Of a stretch of 64,000 bases of DNA, positions 9,888 through 19,679 are shown one piece after another. The notes below the pieces were generated by a model. That model was not told the origin of the DNA. It did no database searches and was given only the letters and a program-made list of their open reading frames with translations. Within the stretch, counting starts at the first letter, position 1. Each line of letters begins with the position of its first letter. The DNA is taken from NCBI GenBank assembly GCA_048940645.1, contig JBHLOI010000001.1, forward strand, positions 64,001 through 128,000, given 5' to 3'. The position numbers were made by a program, and so were the translations under genes. The stretch comes from Promethearchaeota archaeon (GTDB taxonomy: Archaea; Asgardarchaeota; Lokiarchaeia; Sigyniarchaeales; SOKP01).

Positions 9888-10931
9888 ATTCTTCTTCAAA
9901 TCTTTGATCCTTTAGAGCGTTTCTTTTCTAGTGGGGCAATAATTATACTAATTGTTAGTAGCCTATTCTATATATCCCAAGGTCGCAAAAAGGAAACTTC
10001 GCATGAAAAAACCTTAATGTACGGGTTTGCATGTTTTTGGCTTAGTATTGCGGTGGTACGCGCTTTTTTTTATTTTTCTGATTATATCTTAGAAGGAACT
10101 TATACGGGTGATTTAAACGTAATAATTCTATCTTTTGATATTACAAGTTATATTCTTCTTTACTTTTATTTATATTTATTCATATATATTTTCATTAGTA
10201 TAATCTCTGTAAATTTATTGTTTATTTGGTTTTCTATAAGATCAAAAAAAGAATTTCAAGCAATATCATCGGTGGTAACTATCGGTTTTACTGTAGTTTT
10301 AATAGGATGGGCGTTTGAAACAATAGCTATAAAAGAATTGAATCTAATTTCTCCAATACTACCCCCAATATTCGTGATAGTAGGCACTATAATCGCGATA
10401 TTACCATTAATTTTAAATCTTGAGTTTTTTTCCAAAGCTTTAGCTAATTGGCTCGTTCTAATCTCAATTATTTTTATCTTAGTATTTTTAGGTTTGACTG
10501 TGTTCACAAATTTGCCATTATTTATTATAAGTCAAGTAATCATTTGGATTTCAACCTTTGTTTTGGTTTTGGTGATTATCTATATAATTTCCTACTTAGT
10601 TAAGAGAGGTAGAGCTCCAGAAACTTCTTTGGAGGATAAAAAATCTGAAATCAAGGATTTTATAAGGATATTTACTAAACCTTTGGATTTTAGTATGAAA
10701 GAAATAAAATTTTATAGAGATAGAGGATTATGTTTGGTATGCAAAAACGAGGTTTCTGGTCTGACCTATGTTTGCCCTAATTGTGACGCATGGTATTGTA
10801 TTAAATGTTCTAAAGCTTTAACTGAGTTAGAAAACGTTTGTTGGGGATGTGGAAAACCAATTAATCTATTTAGACTCTTAAAGTATGAAAAAGAGCACAG
10901 TAAAGAAATTATTAAAGAAAAAGACAAGTAA
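9888..10931 (+). CDS. Multi-pass membrane protein with C-terminal Cys8 RING-like zinc finger; probable ATT start at 9888
   Basis: About 7 TM segments; CLVC..CPNC..CIKC..CWGC; frame is open 43 codons upstream of ATG 10017 and encodes an extra TM. Confidence 0.75.
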   Translation: MLLQIFDPLERFFSSGAIIILIVSSLFYISQGRKKETSHEKTLMYGFACFWLSIAVVRAFFYFSDYILEGTYTGDLNVIILSFDITSYILLYFYLYLFIYIFISIISVNLLFIWFSIRSKKEFQAISSVVTIGFTVVLIGWAFETIAIKELNLISPILPPIFVIVGTIIAILPLILNLEFFSKALANWLVLISIIFILVFLGLTVFTNLPLFIISQVIIWISTFVLVLVIIYIISYLVKRGRAPETSLEDKKSEIKDFIRIFTKPLDFSMKEIKFYRDRGLCLVCKNEVSGLTYVCPNCDAWYCIKCSKALTELENVCWGCGKPINLFRLLKYEKEHSKEIIKEKDK

Positions 10932-10943
10932 ATCAACAACGAT

Positions 10944-11201
10944 GTGAAACATGTGATTGATTATTTTAAACCAATTGCTTTGATTAATGATATCTATTCT
11001 ATATTCAACTTACTTCTCTTAATTTTCATTATTATTCCAATTTTTTTCTTAATACTTATTTCGATTTGGGTTTATAAAGATGCTAAAAAAAAAGAAATGA
11101 ATGCTTTTGTTTGGATTTTGATAATTTGGTTAATACCATTTTTTGTTGGATTAATTGTTTATCTAAAAGTAAGAGATCAGTACTCTACTCCAAGAGAGTA
11201 A
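10944..11201 (+). CDS. Small membrane protein (PLDc_N-like)
   Basis: WVYKDA..WILII..PFFVGLIVYL pattern. Confidence 0.65.
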   Translation: MKHVIDYFKPIALINDIYSIFNLLLLIFIIIPIFFLILISIWVYKDAKKKEMNAFVWILIIWLIPFFVGLIVYLKVRDQYSTPRE

Positions 11202-11403
11202 TCAATTTTTTCTGCCATCTTTTTTTGATTTATCATCATTTTAATTAATAAGTGTATCTATAATTAAATATAGTGTAAATATAAAAAAGAAAAGCTAAAT
11301 TAAAACAAAAAATGCAAATTTTAGCTTCTCTATGAACCTCCGGCAATACTAAGAATATATAGATAACAACAGAACTTAAATCAAATCATCTAACATATTT
11401 AGA

Positions 11404-12633
11404 ATGGTGTTTAAATTAAAACCTCCTGAAATCTTATTAACGGGAGAAAAGGGAGTAGGTAAGTCGACAATATTAAATCTGCTCCCGGGTGAGAATATTT
11501 TAGAAATAGACCTAAATTTAAATGAAATTATAAAGAAACCAATCAATATTGAAAATCTAAAAGGAATAAATCAATGTGTTTTGAGAATTATTGATTTAAA
11601 TGATTTAGTTAGAAATCTGATATCGTATAGGGCTCTATTAGAATCAATTAATATTATTTGCATTATTATAGATTCAACTAAAACAAATTTAGAAAGTACT
11701 CAACAATTCTACTTGGAATTAAAACAACATGTGCAAAATCCTGATTATTATCTTATTGCTAATTTTCAAGATAATAAAAAAAATGCATTAAAAGCTGAGA
11801 AAATTGAGGAATTTTTCGGAATAAAAAGTTATGGATTTTCAGCGATTCAAAAAGATTCTCATGAAAAATTAAGTACCATTATTGAAGATGTCTTAAAATT
11901 ATCGATTATACAAAAAGAAGAAGCTGACGTGGTCGAACCAAAACAGGTATCAAATGATATTGGGATCGTTATACTAAAAGAAACATATTCAAATATTTGG
12001 TCAGAAATAGAAGAAGCTGCGATTTTAGGAAAACAAGGGGATCATATTTTAGCTGCCAAAAAATTTTCAAAAGCTGTCTTCCAACTTAAGGATTATAATG
12101 CAGAAACAGATTTAAAGGAAGAAAGGGAAAAAATTAACGTATTATCCAATCTATGTAAAGCATGGGAGAGCATGGAACTTGCTGAGGAATATAATGAACC
12201 TGATAAATATTTAGAAGCAGCGAATTTCTTTATCGAAGCTGGTAGTTTTACTAATGACAATAAATTACGATTATTCCTAATGGGAAATACTAAGTTTTGT
12301 AAGGCTCTACAATTAGGATTAGAATTTGATATTGTAAATGACATTGATTTTAAAGCAAAAAGTTACCATAAAATAAAAACGTTGATAAAAGAATCAGCTG
12401 ATTTATTCAAAGAGGGCGGGTTTAAAACGGAAGCAAAGTGGGTTTTAGCTACTGCATCTTATTTTAAGGCAATTTGGTATTTAATAAAAGCAGATATGGA
12501 ACACAATTTAGAAGTGAAGAAGAAAACACGAGATCAAGTTTCTCTACTTCTTAAATCAGCTGCTAATTTGTTTAGAGAGGCAGGTTATAAAGAAAAAGAA
12601 AAAGAAGTTTTGGATCAATTGAATTTGAACTAA
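11404..12633 (+). CDS. Ras-superfamily small GTPase-like domain fused to alpha-helical (TPR/SNAP-like) repeats
   Basis: G1 GEKGVGKST, degenerate G3 (IIDLND), G4 ANFQD, G5 SA; C-terminal A/Y/F-rich helical repeats. Confidence 0.75.
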   Translation: MVFKLKPPEILLTGEKGVGKSTILNLLPGENILEIDLNLNEIIKKPINIENLKGINQCVLRIIDLNDLVRNLISYRALLESINIICIIIDSTKTNLESTQQFYLELKQHVQNPDYYLIANFQDNKKNALKAEKIEEFFGIKSYGFSAIQKDSHEKLSTIIEDVLKLSIIQKEEADVVEPKQVSNDIGIVILKETYSNIWSEIEEAAILGKQGDHILAAKKFSKAVFQLKDYNAETDLKEEREKINVLSNLCKAWESMELAEEYNEPDKYLEAANFFIEAGSFTNDNKLRLFLMGNTKFCKALQLGLEFDIVNDIDFKAKSYHKIKTLIKESADLFKEGGFKTEAKWVLATASYFKAIWYLIKADMEHNLEVKKKTRDQVSLLLKSAANLFREAGYKEKEKEVLDQLNLN

Positions 12634-12652
12634 AAAAAATGTATATCCTCGC

Positions 12653-12907
12653 TTAACCTCCGATCACTTTAGCCCATAATTGTAATGTGTCATTTTCTTT
12701 TAAACCAAACTTTTCAATTGCATCCCTAATAGATATTGTATTAGGTAATTCCTTTCCATGATGAACTAATGTATAAGATCTTTGTTCAGAACTTATTACT
12801 CCCATGTGTTTTACAACTACATTTATGATACTTTCAATCTGATGTTTTTCATTTACATCTATTTTGATTACCTTGGATCTTCTCGTATCTTCAACAGATA
12901 ATATCAT
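12653..12907 (-). CDS. Ubiquitin-like beta-grasp protein with C-terminal Gly-Gly
   Basis: 84 aa; YTLVHHGKEL...GLKENDTLQLWAKVIGG resembles the Ub pattern 'LIF.GK.L...I...stL.LV...GG'. Confidence 0.75.
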   Translation of the reverse strand: MILSVEDTRRSKVIKIDVNEKHQIESIINVVVKHMGVISSEQRSYTLVHHGKELPNTISIRDAIEKFGLKENDTLQLWAKVIGG

Positions 12908-12946
12908 AATTTATTCATCAAAAAAATGATATTCTACTAACTTTTA

Positions 12947-12983
12947 TTAGATTTAGCTTCGAAACTTTTCACAAAGTTCGAAT
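12947..12983 (-). promoter_or_regulatory. 37-bp conserved element, copy 2 (upstream of Ubl gene)
   Basis: Reverse complement of 1961-1997 with one mismatch. Confidence 0.7.
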
Positions 12984-14329
12984 TATATGTGGGGATACTT
13001 TTTTTTAAATTCATTTAAAATTGCATATTTCGGGAAATCTTTTAAAATTGGTGTTATAGGTCTTCTTACGGGTGTCAATTTCTGAAAATCATCCAAATCT
13101 AATTCTAATAAATTTTTTAAAGCTAATCCTTTGAATTTATCAGATATATCGTCCAAATGAGCGCTTTTTTGAAATTTTGAGTATAAAAAGCGAGTATATT
13201 CCTGTAAAAAGACTAAAATTGAAGATTTTATTTTTTTGTTAAATAACTTATTAGTAATATCACTTAAAATATTCTCAAGTAAATTTATAGTTTGTATTTT
13301 CTTCTGTTCATCGGGAATATCTGGTTCTAATTTATTTAGATAGCTAAATTTCTCAATATTCTCATCTATAATTAAATATAACATCTTCTCAAACTTTTCT
13401 CCTTCTCGAAAGTAATAGACACCATTTCCATCGACTGAAAATTTGAAGAATTTTGTTGAATATAAATCCTCTTCTACAATATTTTGCACAATATAGTTGA
13501 TTGTTCCTAGTTTTGTATCATATTTTTGAGAAAAATCTTCAGGTAATATACATTCTGGATATTTATTTGGATGATTTAATGACAAGAATAATAGAATTTT
13601 ATAAAAATCCTCCTCTGATGGAAGTAAACTTTCAATTTTAGAATAATTTAAATGATTAATTAAATCTAAAAATATTAATTTAGTCTCATCATCATCAATT
13701 TCATATTTTTCAAAGAAATTTTTTGCATTTTTCTTGATATCTTCGATTCTTTCTACCTCTTCTTCCAAAATTGTTTGATAATCTAAATGATAATTTTTTA
13801 ACATTTTAGAATATTGTAATTCTCCGGGTTTAGTAACTCGATATTCCATGTTTTCGCTTTCTACAAAGCCCTTTTTTATTAGAAGATTTAGATTTTTAGA
13901 TAGAGAATGATGATTAATTGAAAGAGGCTTTTCAAGGAAATCTGACCATTTACAAAAATCATTATTACACAACATCCAAAGAATAGTATGATTATAATTT
14001 CTTTTATTTAAAATTATTTCTGGAGGGTATCTTAACTTCCTTTCAAATGAATCCTTAAACCTCAAGTCGAAGTAGCGTTTTCTCCCTTCAGATGTTACTG
14101 TATAAACTCCCTTACTTTTCTTTTCAGCATATCCATTTGTAATTAATATATTCATATATTTTGATAATGTTGCTAAACTAATTTCTAATGGTTCTTCTAA
14201 GAAATTAGACCAATTGCACTCTTCATTATTATTTAGCATCCACAGAATAATATATTCAAAGTCTTTCTTTTCAACTCCCACGGGATTTATTATTTCTTGT
14301 GGAGGGTAATTTAATTCTTTATGAGAAAT
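12983..14329 (-). CDS. Tandem winged-helix (MarR/ArsR-like) DNA-binding protein; probable ATT start at 14329
   Basis: Two repeats of YPP..I...ILWML.NN..C.WS.FLE.PL.I....LSK....LI..G..E....Y.VT..G; the first repeat begins upstream of the GTG at 14281. Confidence 0.75.
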   Translation of the reverse strand: MSHKELNYPPQEIINPVGVEKKDFEYIILWMLNNNEECNWSNFLEEPLEISLATLSKYMNILITNGYAEKKSKGVYTVTSEGRKRYFDLRFKDSFERKLRYPPEIILNKRNYNHTILWMLCNNDFCKWSDFLEKPLSINHHSLSKNLNLLIKKGFVESENMEYRVTKPGELQYSKMLKNYHLDYQTILEEEVERIEDIKKNAKNFFEKYEIDDDETKLIFLDLINHLNYSKIESLLPSEEDFYKILLFLSLNHPNKYPECILPEDFSQKYDTKLGTINYIVQNIVEEDLYSTKFFKFSVDGNGVYYFREGEKFEKMLYLIIDENIEKFSYLNKLEPDIPDEQKKIQTINLLENILSDITNKLFNKKIKSSILVFLQEYTRFLYSKFQKSAHLDDISDKFKGLALKNLLELDLDDFQKLTPVRRPITPILKDFPKYAILNEFKKKYPHI

Positions 14330-14450
14330 TTTATAGAAACACCTTAGGCTTAATTAATAATAAACATTAATTTTAACCTTCCTAAATCTTAAACTTATGC
14401 TATTTATATAAATTTATGTAAAAAGTGTTTAAATAGTTTAATTCTATTTC

Positions 14451-14483
14451 AATTCGAACTTTGTGCGAACTTTCAAAAGTAAA
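14451..14483 (+). promoter_or_regulatory. Partial third copy of the conserved element, upstream of the wHTH regulator
   Basis: AATTCGAACTTTGTG (14451-14465) matches copy 2 at 15/15; second half is degenerate. Confidence 0.55.
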
Positions 14484-14524
14484 TTATTTGAATATGGATC
14501 TAAGATGAACAATACTAAATCGTT

Positions 14525-15466
14525 CTAAATATTAAAGCCATCATCTAAATCATCATACTCCTCTTCAAATCTTTTTAATTCTTCCTCTTTAAGCTTCTTT
14601 TTAAGCTTTTTACGTTCCTTGTGAGTGTAATGCTCATCATAACGCTTAATGTACATTTTTTCATATCTCTCTCTGAGTTTCTCTACGCTTTCTACTTGTC
14701 CAATTTTATCTTGTAAATTATCTTCAAAAAACCAGTTTCTCTTAAACTCTTTTGCTGGAATACCTACATAAATCCATCCATACTTTAATTCTTGACCAAC
14801 CGTAGTGACTGAGTTTGCTGCTAATACACTACGCGTACCAATATGGGTACCTGGCATTACTATAGCATGGGACCCTATACGAACTTCATCTTCTATTATT
14901 GTTTTCCGAATAATAAGCAAATTTCCGATTATAACACTTGATTGGATAATAGCGCCTTGACCTACAACCACATTTTTTCCAAATTCCAAAAATTCCGTGT
15001 CACACCAGCCTTCAAATAAAGAATTAGAAAATTTTGTCTTAACTCCAAAAACCTTAAAACAAATATTATCTAAGAAGGGAAATGGAAATTTATGAGCTAG
15101 CCAAAAAGGAAACCTTTTTATGGTGCTTCTTATACTCCAATACCGATAATCTTTATCAGAAGGGTGCCTAAGAAATGTACCTTCGCGAGGTTTATGAATT
15201 GCATTCACAAATAAAAGAATGATTTTTGCAAAAAATATCGCTGAGAACACTGCTGTAACATACATTCCAAAACATAAAAGAGGTAAAAAGGTGTAAAAGT
15301 GAAGTGGTCTAATGTCATCCCATAACCATTGCCAATATGCCCAAAATATCAGTAAAAGTGGGATAATCGTCGCCCAAATAATTATTATATAAAAGATTAA
15401 ATATCTCTTTCTAACGAGAACCGTTGGTAAAAATGGTCCTACTCGCATAGTATTAGGTACAGACAT
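14525..15466 (-). CDS. 2-TM + LbH acyltransferase-like module, type C (Pls/PosA terminal-domain-like)
   Basis: TM hairpin, HKPREG...YWSIR, hexapeptide repeats (VVVGQGAII, IEDEVRIGSHAIVMPGTHIG), YVGIPA. Confidence 0.8.
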   Translation of the reverse strand: MSVPNTMRVGPFLPTVLVRKRYLIFYIIIIWATIIPLLLIFWAYWQWLWDDIRPLHFYTFLPLLCFGMYVTAVFSAIFFAKIILLFVNAIHKPREGTFLRHPSDKDYRYWSIRSTIKRFPFWLAHKFPFPFLDNICFKVFGVKTKFSNSLFEGWCDTEFLEFGKNVVVGQGAIIQSSVIIGNLLIIRKTIIEDEVRIGSHAIVMPGTHIGTRSVLAANSVTTVGQELKYGWIYVGIPAKEFKRNWFFEDNLQDKIGQVESVEKLRERYEKMYIKRYDEHYTHKERKKLKKKLKEEELKRFEEEYDDLDDGFNI

Positions 15467-15472
15467 GGTTAC

Positions 15473-17350
15473 TCACTCCTCTTTAGTTTTTACTAATTTC
15501 TTTTTCTCCTCTTCAATATTTACTTCATGTTCCATTTCAAACTTTGTGGACTCATCCACATCTCTTTTTATAATAAGATCCCTTCTTTCTTCAGCATACT
15601 TATTTTCTTTTAGTTTTATTGCAGGGATACCAAAATAAATCCAATTGGGTTCTAAAACTTGTTTGAATGCAGTAGTAGAGATTGCTCCCACTACAGAGTC
15701 GTGTCCCATAATTGTTCCTGGGGCAACTGTAGTATGCCCTCCTACTAGAACAAAATCATCAAACATCACCCTTTTTATTACCAAATATTTGCCCACAACC
15801 ATAGAAGACATAATTGTAGCTCCTTGACCTATCAAATTTTTCCTCCCAAAATCTATAAATTCTCCATCACACCATGCATCATTAAGATGACTCGAGAAAT
15901 CCATACTTATGCCAAACCATCTGAATGCTAATGCATCTATCCAAGGAAGCGGCGAATTTCTCAAGAGCCATAAAGTTATCTTTTTTAATTCAGTACGCAA
16001 CATCCAAAATTCATAATCGGTATCTCCAATTTGTGCTAAAAATGTACCCTCTTTGGGTTTATGAATAAGATTTACAAGGATTAATATTAATTTACTGAAA
16101 AGTAATATTCCTAAAATAAACAAATATAACATAGAAATAAGGGCGATAGGAAGAAATATAATAGAGCTCAGTTTTACACCCTCCATCGAATATCCATACC
16201 AATATATCGCAACAAGAAGACCACTTAACCAGAAAATTGGGAGATAAACCACTAAGAATTTTATATTAATTCTACTAATAGCACTACTCGTTGTAAAATC
16301 TAAAGCTAAATCTTCATTTGTTAAAGTTGACACATCCTTATATTCAATTTCTTCACTAATATCAATATCTTCCTCGATATCCTCTTCTTCTTCCTCCTTT
16401 TCTTCTTTTATTTCTTTTTCTTCATCATCCTCTTTTGCCTTACCTTTCTTCTTTTTTATATACATCTCTGGATTTTTATTTTTCCTTATATCTTCTTCAC
16501 TTAAACCTAGCCAACTCATTGTCTTTTTCTTAAAAATCTTACGCATAGGAATTCCAAAATAATAATTATGATTTCCTTTAATAACACTATGTTTGGTGCA
16601 AGAAGCTAGGGGTAGCATATAGGCTTCATTAGATATTTCAGATCCTGGACCAATCTGATTCATAGAAGCAAGAGTTACATTATTACCAAGATGAATCTTA
16701 AAATGATTAATATTTCCAAATATTCCAGTGAGAAGATGACTTGCTAAGGTAGAATTAACACCAATATAGCAATTTTTACCAACATCGATAAATTTATCAG
16801 AACCTACGGATTCTTCTATAGTAGTTCCTTTTCCTATTTTACTCGTTCCAATAAATTCATAGAACCAAGTTGATAACCAAGGAAATAAACCTTTAGAAAA
16901 CACATTTTTTCCATACTTTAATATAAAACTTCTTAAGTGGTAGTAATTAGCTGTTTTAGAACGAATATTTCTTGGAATAATTCCATCTTTAGACGGTGAG
17001 ATTTTTTCTGTTATTTTCCAGAAAATTTTAGTAATAATTCCAACAAGGAGTAATCTAACATAATATCCAATGATTAATACTAAAGGCATTGCAAATAATG
17101 CCATTAATGGCTTAATTTCAGTAAATATTGCGAAAAAATTTGTAATATCTAAAAAATAGGGTTTAAAAATGAGAAGTACATATGAGAAGAATATAAATCC
17201 AGGTATTAACCACGAACCATAATAAATTATAAAAAATAAAATAATGTATAGATGAAATTGGAGACTTTGTTCTTCCTTAACGAATTCTTCTCCAGTTTTA
17301 TTATCTGAATCTTCACTGTTTTTTGAATCTTCAGACATTTTTATCATCAA
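15473..17350 (-). CDS. Fusion of two TM+LbH modules (types A+B), Pls/PosA terminal-domain-like
   Basis: Two TM+hexapeptide units joined by a K/E/D-rich linker; each ends in YFGIP. Confidence 0.8.
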   Translation of the reverse strand: MMIKMSEDSKNSEDSDNKTGEEFVKEEQSLQFHLYIILFFIIYYGSWLIPGFIFFSYVLLIFKPYFLDITNFFAIFTEIKPLMALFAMPLVLIIGYYVRLLLVGIITKIFWKITEKISPSKDGIIPRNIRSKTANYYHLRSFILKYGKNVFSKGLFPWLSTWFYEFIGTSKIGKGTTIEESVGSDKFIDVGKNCYIGVNSTLASHLLTGIFGNINHFKIHLGNNVTLASMNQIGPGSEISNEAYMLPLASCTKHSVIKGNHNYYFGIPMRKIFKKKTMSWLGLSEEDIRKNKNPEMYIKKKKGKAKEDDEEKEIKEEKEEEEEDIEEDIDISEEIEYKDVSTLTNEDLALDFTTSSAISRINIKFLVVYLPIFWLSGLLVAIYWYGYSMEGVKLSSIIFLPIALISMLYLFILGILLFSKLILILVNLIHKPKEGTFLAQIGDTDYEFWMLRTELKKITLWLLRNSPLPWIDALAFRWFGISMDFSSHLNDAWCDGEFIDFGRKNLIGQGATIMSSMVVGKYLVIKRVMFDDFVLVGGHTTVAPGTIMGHDSVVGAISTTAFKQVLEPNWIYFGIPAIKLKENKYAEERRDLIIKRDVDESTKFEMEHEVNIEEEKKKLVKTKEE

Positions 17351-17464
17351 TTTATTATATTGCGATCTACTAGTAATAATGTTTTTAATCTTTACTTAAA
17401 ATTTCTATTTTATAGTTTTATAGATATATTTGTTATCTTTTAAAGTTATATTATTAACAATTTC

Positions 17465-17908
17465 ATGGATTTTTTTGTGTCTATAATTAAAATATCAGTA
17501 ATTATCATGAATAAAATAAAGCAAATTTGTAAAGATTGCGGAAAGTGTTGCCAAAAAACAGAAATGCTATTATCAGAACAAGATATTTATTTAATTGAAG
17601 AAAAAATTTCAAGTATAAGAAGAGATGAATTTACTGAATTGAATGAAAATGGGATTTATCAATTAAAAAATAGAAATAATCACTGCATATTCTTAGATAT
17701 TGCATCTAAATTATGTACTATATACAAATTCAGACCACAGGGCTGCAGATTCTATCCTATTATTTATGATAATGAGAAAGAAATTTGTATTTATGATGAA
17801 GAATGCCCCAGAGTCTCTTCTTTTTATTTAGTACTTAAAAAGTTTAAAAAAACATGTAATGATATTAAGAAATTTATCAAGATGGAACTAAAAATAGAAT
17901 TTTCCTGA
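17465..17908 (+). CDS. YkgJ-family CxxCxxCC cysteine-cluster protein
   Basis: CKDCGKCC...CIFLD...CTIY..RP..CRFYP; start probably at MNKIK. Confidence 0.85.
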   Translation: MDFFVSIIKISVIIMNKIKQICKDCGKCCQKTEMLLSEQDIYLIEEKISSIRRDEFTELNENGIYQLKNRNNHCIFLDIASKLCTIYKFRPQGCRFYPIIYDNEKEICIYDEECPRVSSFYLVLKKFKKTCNDIKKFIKMELKIEFS

Positions 17909-17911
17909 GAT

Positions 17912-18919
17912 TTAAAATGTCAGAATAGTTTTGATATGATCTTTACTATTTCTATATGAAGTAAAAGCTTCACTAATCCTTTCTAAAGGAAATTTTTTTG
18001 AGATTAAATCTTTTACTTGGATATTTCCTGATTTTAGGCCGTCTATTGCTTTGTTAAATGGACCACATCTACTAGTATATATTGTAATTTCCCGTACAAC
18101 CAAATCTGTGAGATTCACGGGAGTATCTAATCCATGGGTGCTTTTAATATGAATTTTTCCCCTAGTTCTACATGAAGCAATAATATCTGAAAATACATTC
18201 GGATTTCCAGTAGCATCCACAACGATATCTGCACCTAATCCCTTTGTAATTTCCTTAATTTTATTAGGAATATTCTTTACTTTTAGGCGATTTATCAAAT
18301 GTCTTGCACCAAATTTTTTAGCTAATTCAAGTTTTTTATTCGAACCATCTACTACTATTAAATCTAAACCCATTAATAGAGCAACTTGAACTATTAATAA
18401 ACCTAATTTTCCAACTCCAAAAATAACCATATTAGTATCATTATGACTAATAGGCATTGTCTCAAATATCTGATAAGCCGCAGCTAAAGGTTCAATAAAG
18501 GTAGCATCATTAAATGAAATCGAATCAGGTATCTCATGTATTAAGTATGACTCAGCAGTAAGAAATTCTGCGAATCCGCCATTGATATCAATACCTATTG
18601 CTTTTCTCGATAAACATTGAGTAAACATATCTCTCCTACAGTAATAACAATTAAAATCTATATTGCTGTTAATTTCAGACACAACTCTTCTTCCTAACCA
18701 TGAGTTTTCGACATCTTCTCCGACTTTTACAACCTCACCAGCTATTTCATGTCCCAAAATAAGTGGAGTTGGTATTGGAAGAATACCCTTGACAATAGCT
18801 AAATCTGTACCACATATTCCCGCAGCTTTAACCTTAATCAATACTTGAGATTTAGTAAGCTCTGGGATTGGAACTTCTTTCACATTAATCGCTTTTCCAT
18901 CAAATACAGCTGCTTTCAT
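17912..18919 (-). CDS. Zn-dependent medium-chain alcohol dehydrogenase
   Basis: GICGTD, GHE, GGFAE, EPLA, GVGKLG. Confidence 0.92.
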   Translation of the reverse strand: MKAAVFDGKAINVKEVPIPELTKSQVLIKVKAAGICGTDLAIVKGILPIPTPLILGHEIAGEVVKVGEDVENSWLGRRVVSEINSNIDFNCYYCRRDMFTQCLSRKAIGIDINGGFAEFLTAESYLIHEIPDSISFNDATFIEPLAAAYQIFETMPISHNDTNMVIFGVGKLGLLIVQVALLMGLDLIVVDGSNKKLELAKKFGARHLINRLKVKNIPNKIKEITKGLGADIVVDATGNPNVFSDIIASCRTRGKIHIKSTHGLDTPVNLTDLVVREITIYTSRCGPFNKAIDGLKSGNIQVKDLISKKFPLERISEAFTSYRNSKDHIKTILTF

Positions 18920-19136
18920 AAATAATATAAATAAATTTAGAATTTTTTAAATATTAATAAAACACAATGACATAAATATGCTCAACCAAAATCATAATTT
19001 TGAAATTATAAGATCCAAGTAATCTACTCAAATTATCAATAGCAATTTTACAAAAAAAATTTATGAGTCCTAACCAGTTTTAATATATTTCTTGGTTCCT
19101 TTAATTCAAGTAATAAATTAACAAATAAATTGTGAT

Positions 19137-19679
19137 TTGATGAATAAAAAAGTTTTAATTTGGGAGATTATCGGCATAGTTTTTATTATATTTCTAGGTT
19201 CATTCATGCATTTTCTTTTTGAATTAACAGGATCTTGGCCGCCTATTGGTGCTATAGCAGCAGTAAATGAAAGTACTTGGGAACACTTGAAATTAGGGTA
19301 TTGGCCCTTGATGTTCTTTGCTTTAATTGAATATAAGTTTATAAAAGAAGAGGTTAATAATTTTGCGCTCGCTAAATTTGTGGGCTCCTTATTGATTTTT
19401 GGAGTTATTATCATCTTTTTTTATTCTTATACAGCCATATTAGGAGAGGATTTATTAATACTTGACATATTTAGTTTTATACTTTCAATAATCATAGCTC
19501 AATTAGTAAGTTATAAAATTTTAACAATTAAAAGGCTAAAAAATAGTGTTTCTATCATATCATTGGTTGGACTCGTAATTCTGGGATTGTTATTCATACT
19601 ATTCACCTACTTTCCTCCACAGATATTCCTTTTTCAAGATCCTGTATCTGGTGGCTATGGAATAGTAGAACATCTCTAA
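19137..19679 (+). CDS. Membrane protein (DUF6512-like)
   Basis: MHFLFE...VNESTWEHLKL...FFYSYT...PP..LFQDP. Confidence 0.7.
   Translation: MMNKKVLIWEIIGIVFIIFLGSFMHFLFELTGSWPPIGAIAAVNESTWEHLKLGYWPLMFFALIEYKFIKEEVNNFALAKFVGSLLIFGVIIIFFYSYTAILGEDLLILDIFSFILSIIIAQLVSYKILTIKRLKNSVSIISLVGLVILGLLFILFTYFPPQIFLFQDPVSGGYGIVEHL

Noticed and set aside
16370-16460. TC-rich simple repeats
   Set aside because: They encode the K/E/D-rich linker of the AB fusion and are not an independent repeat element
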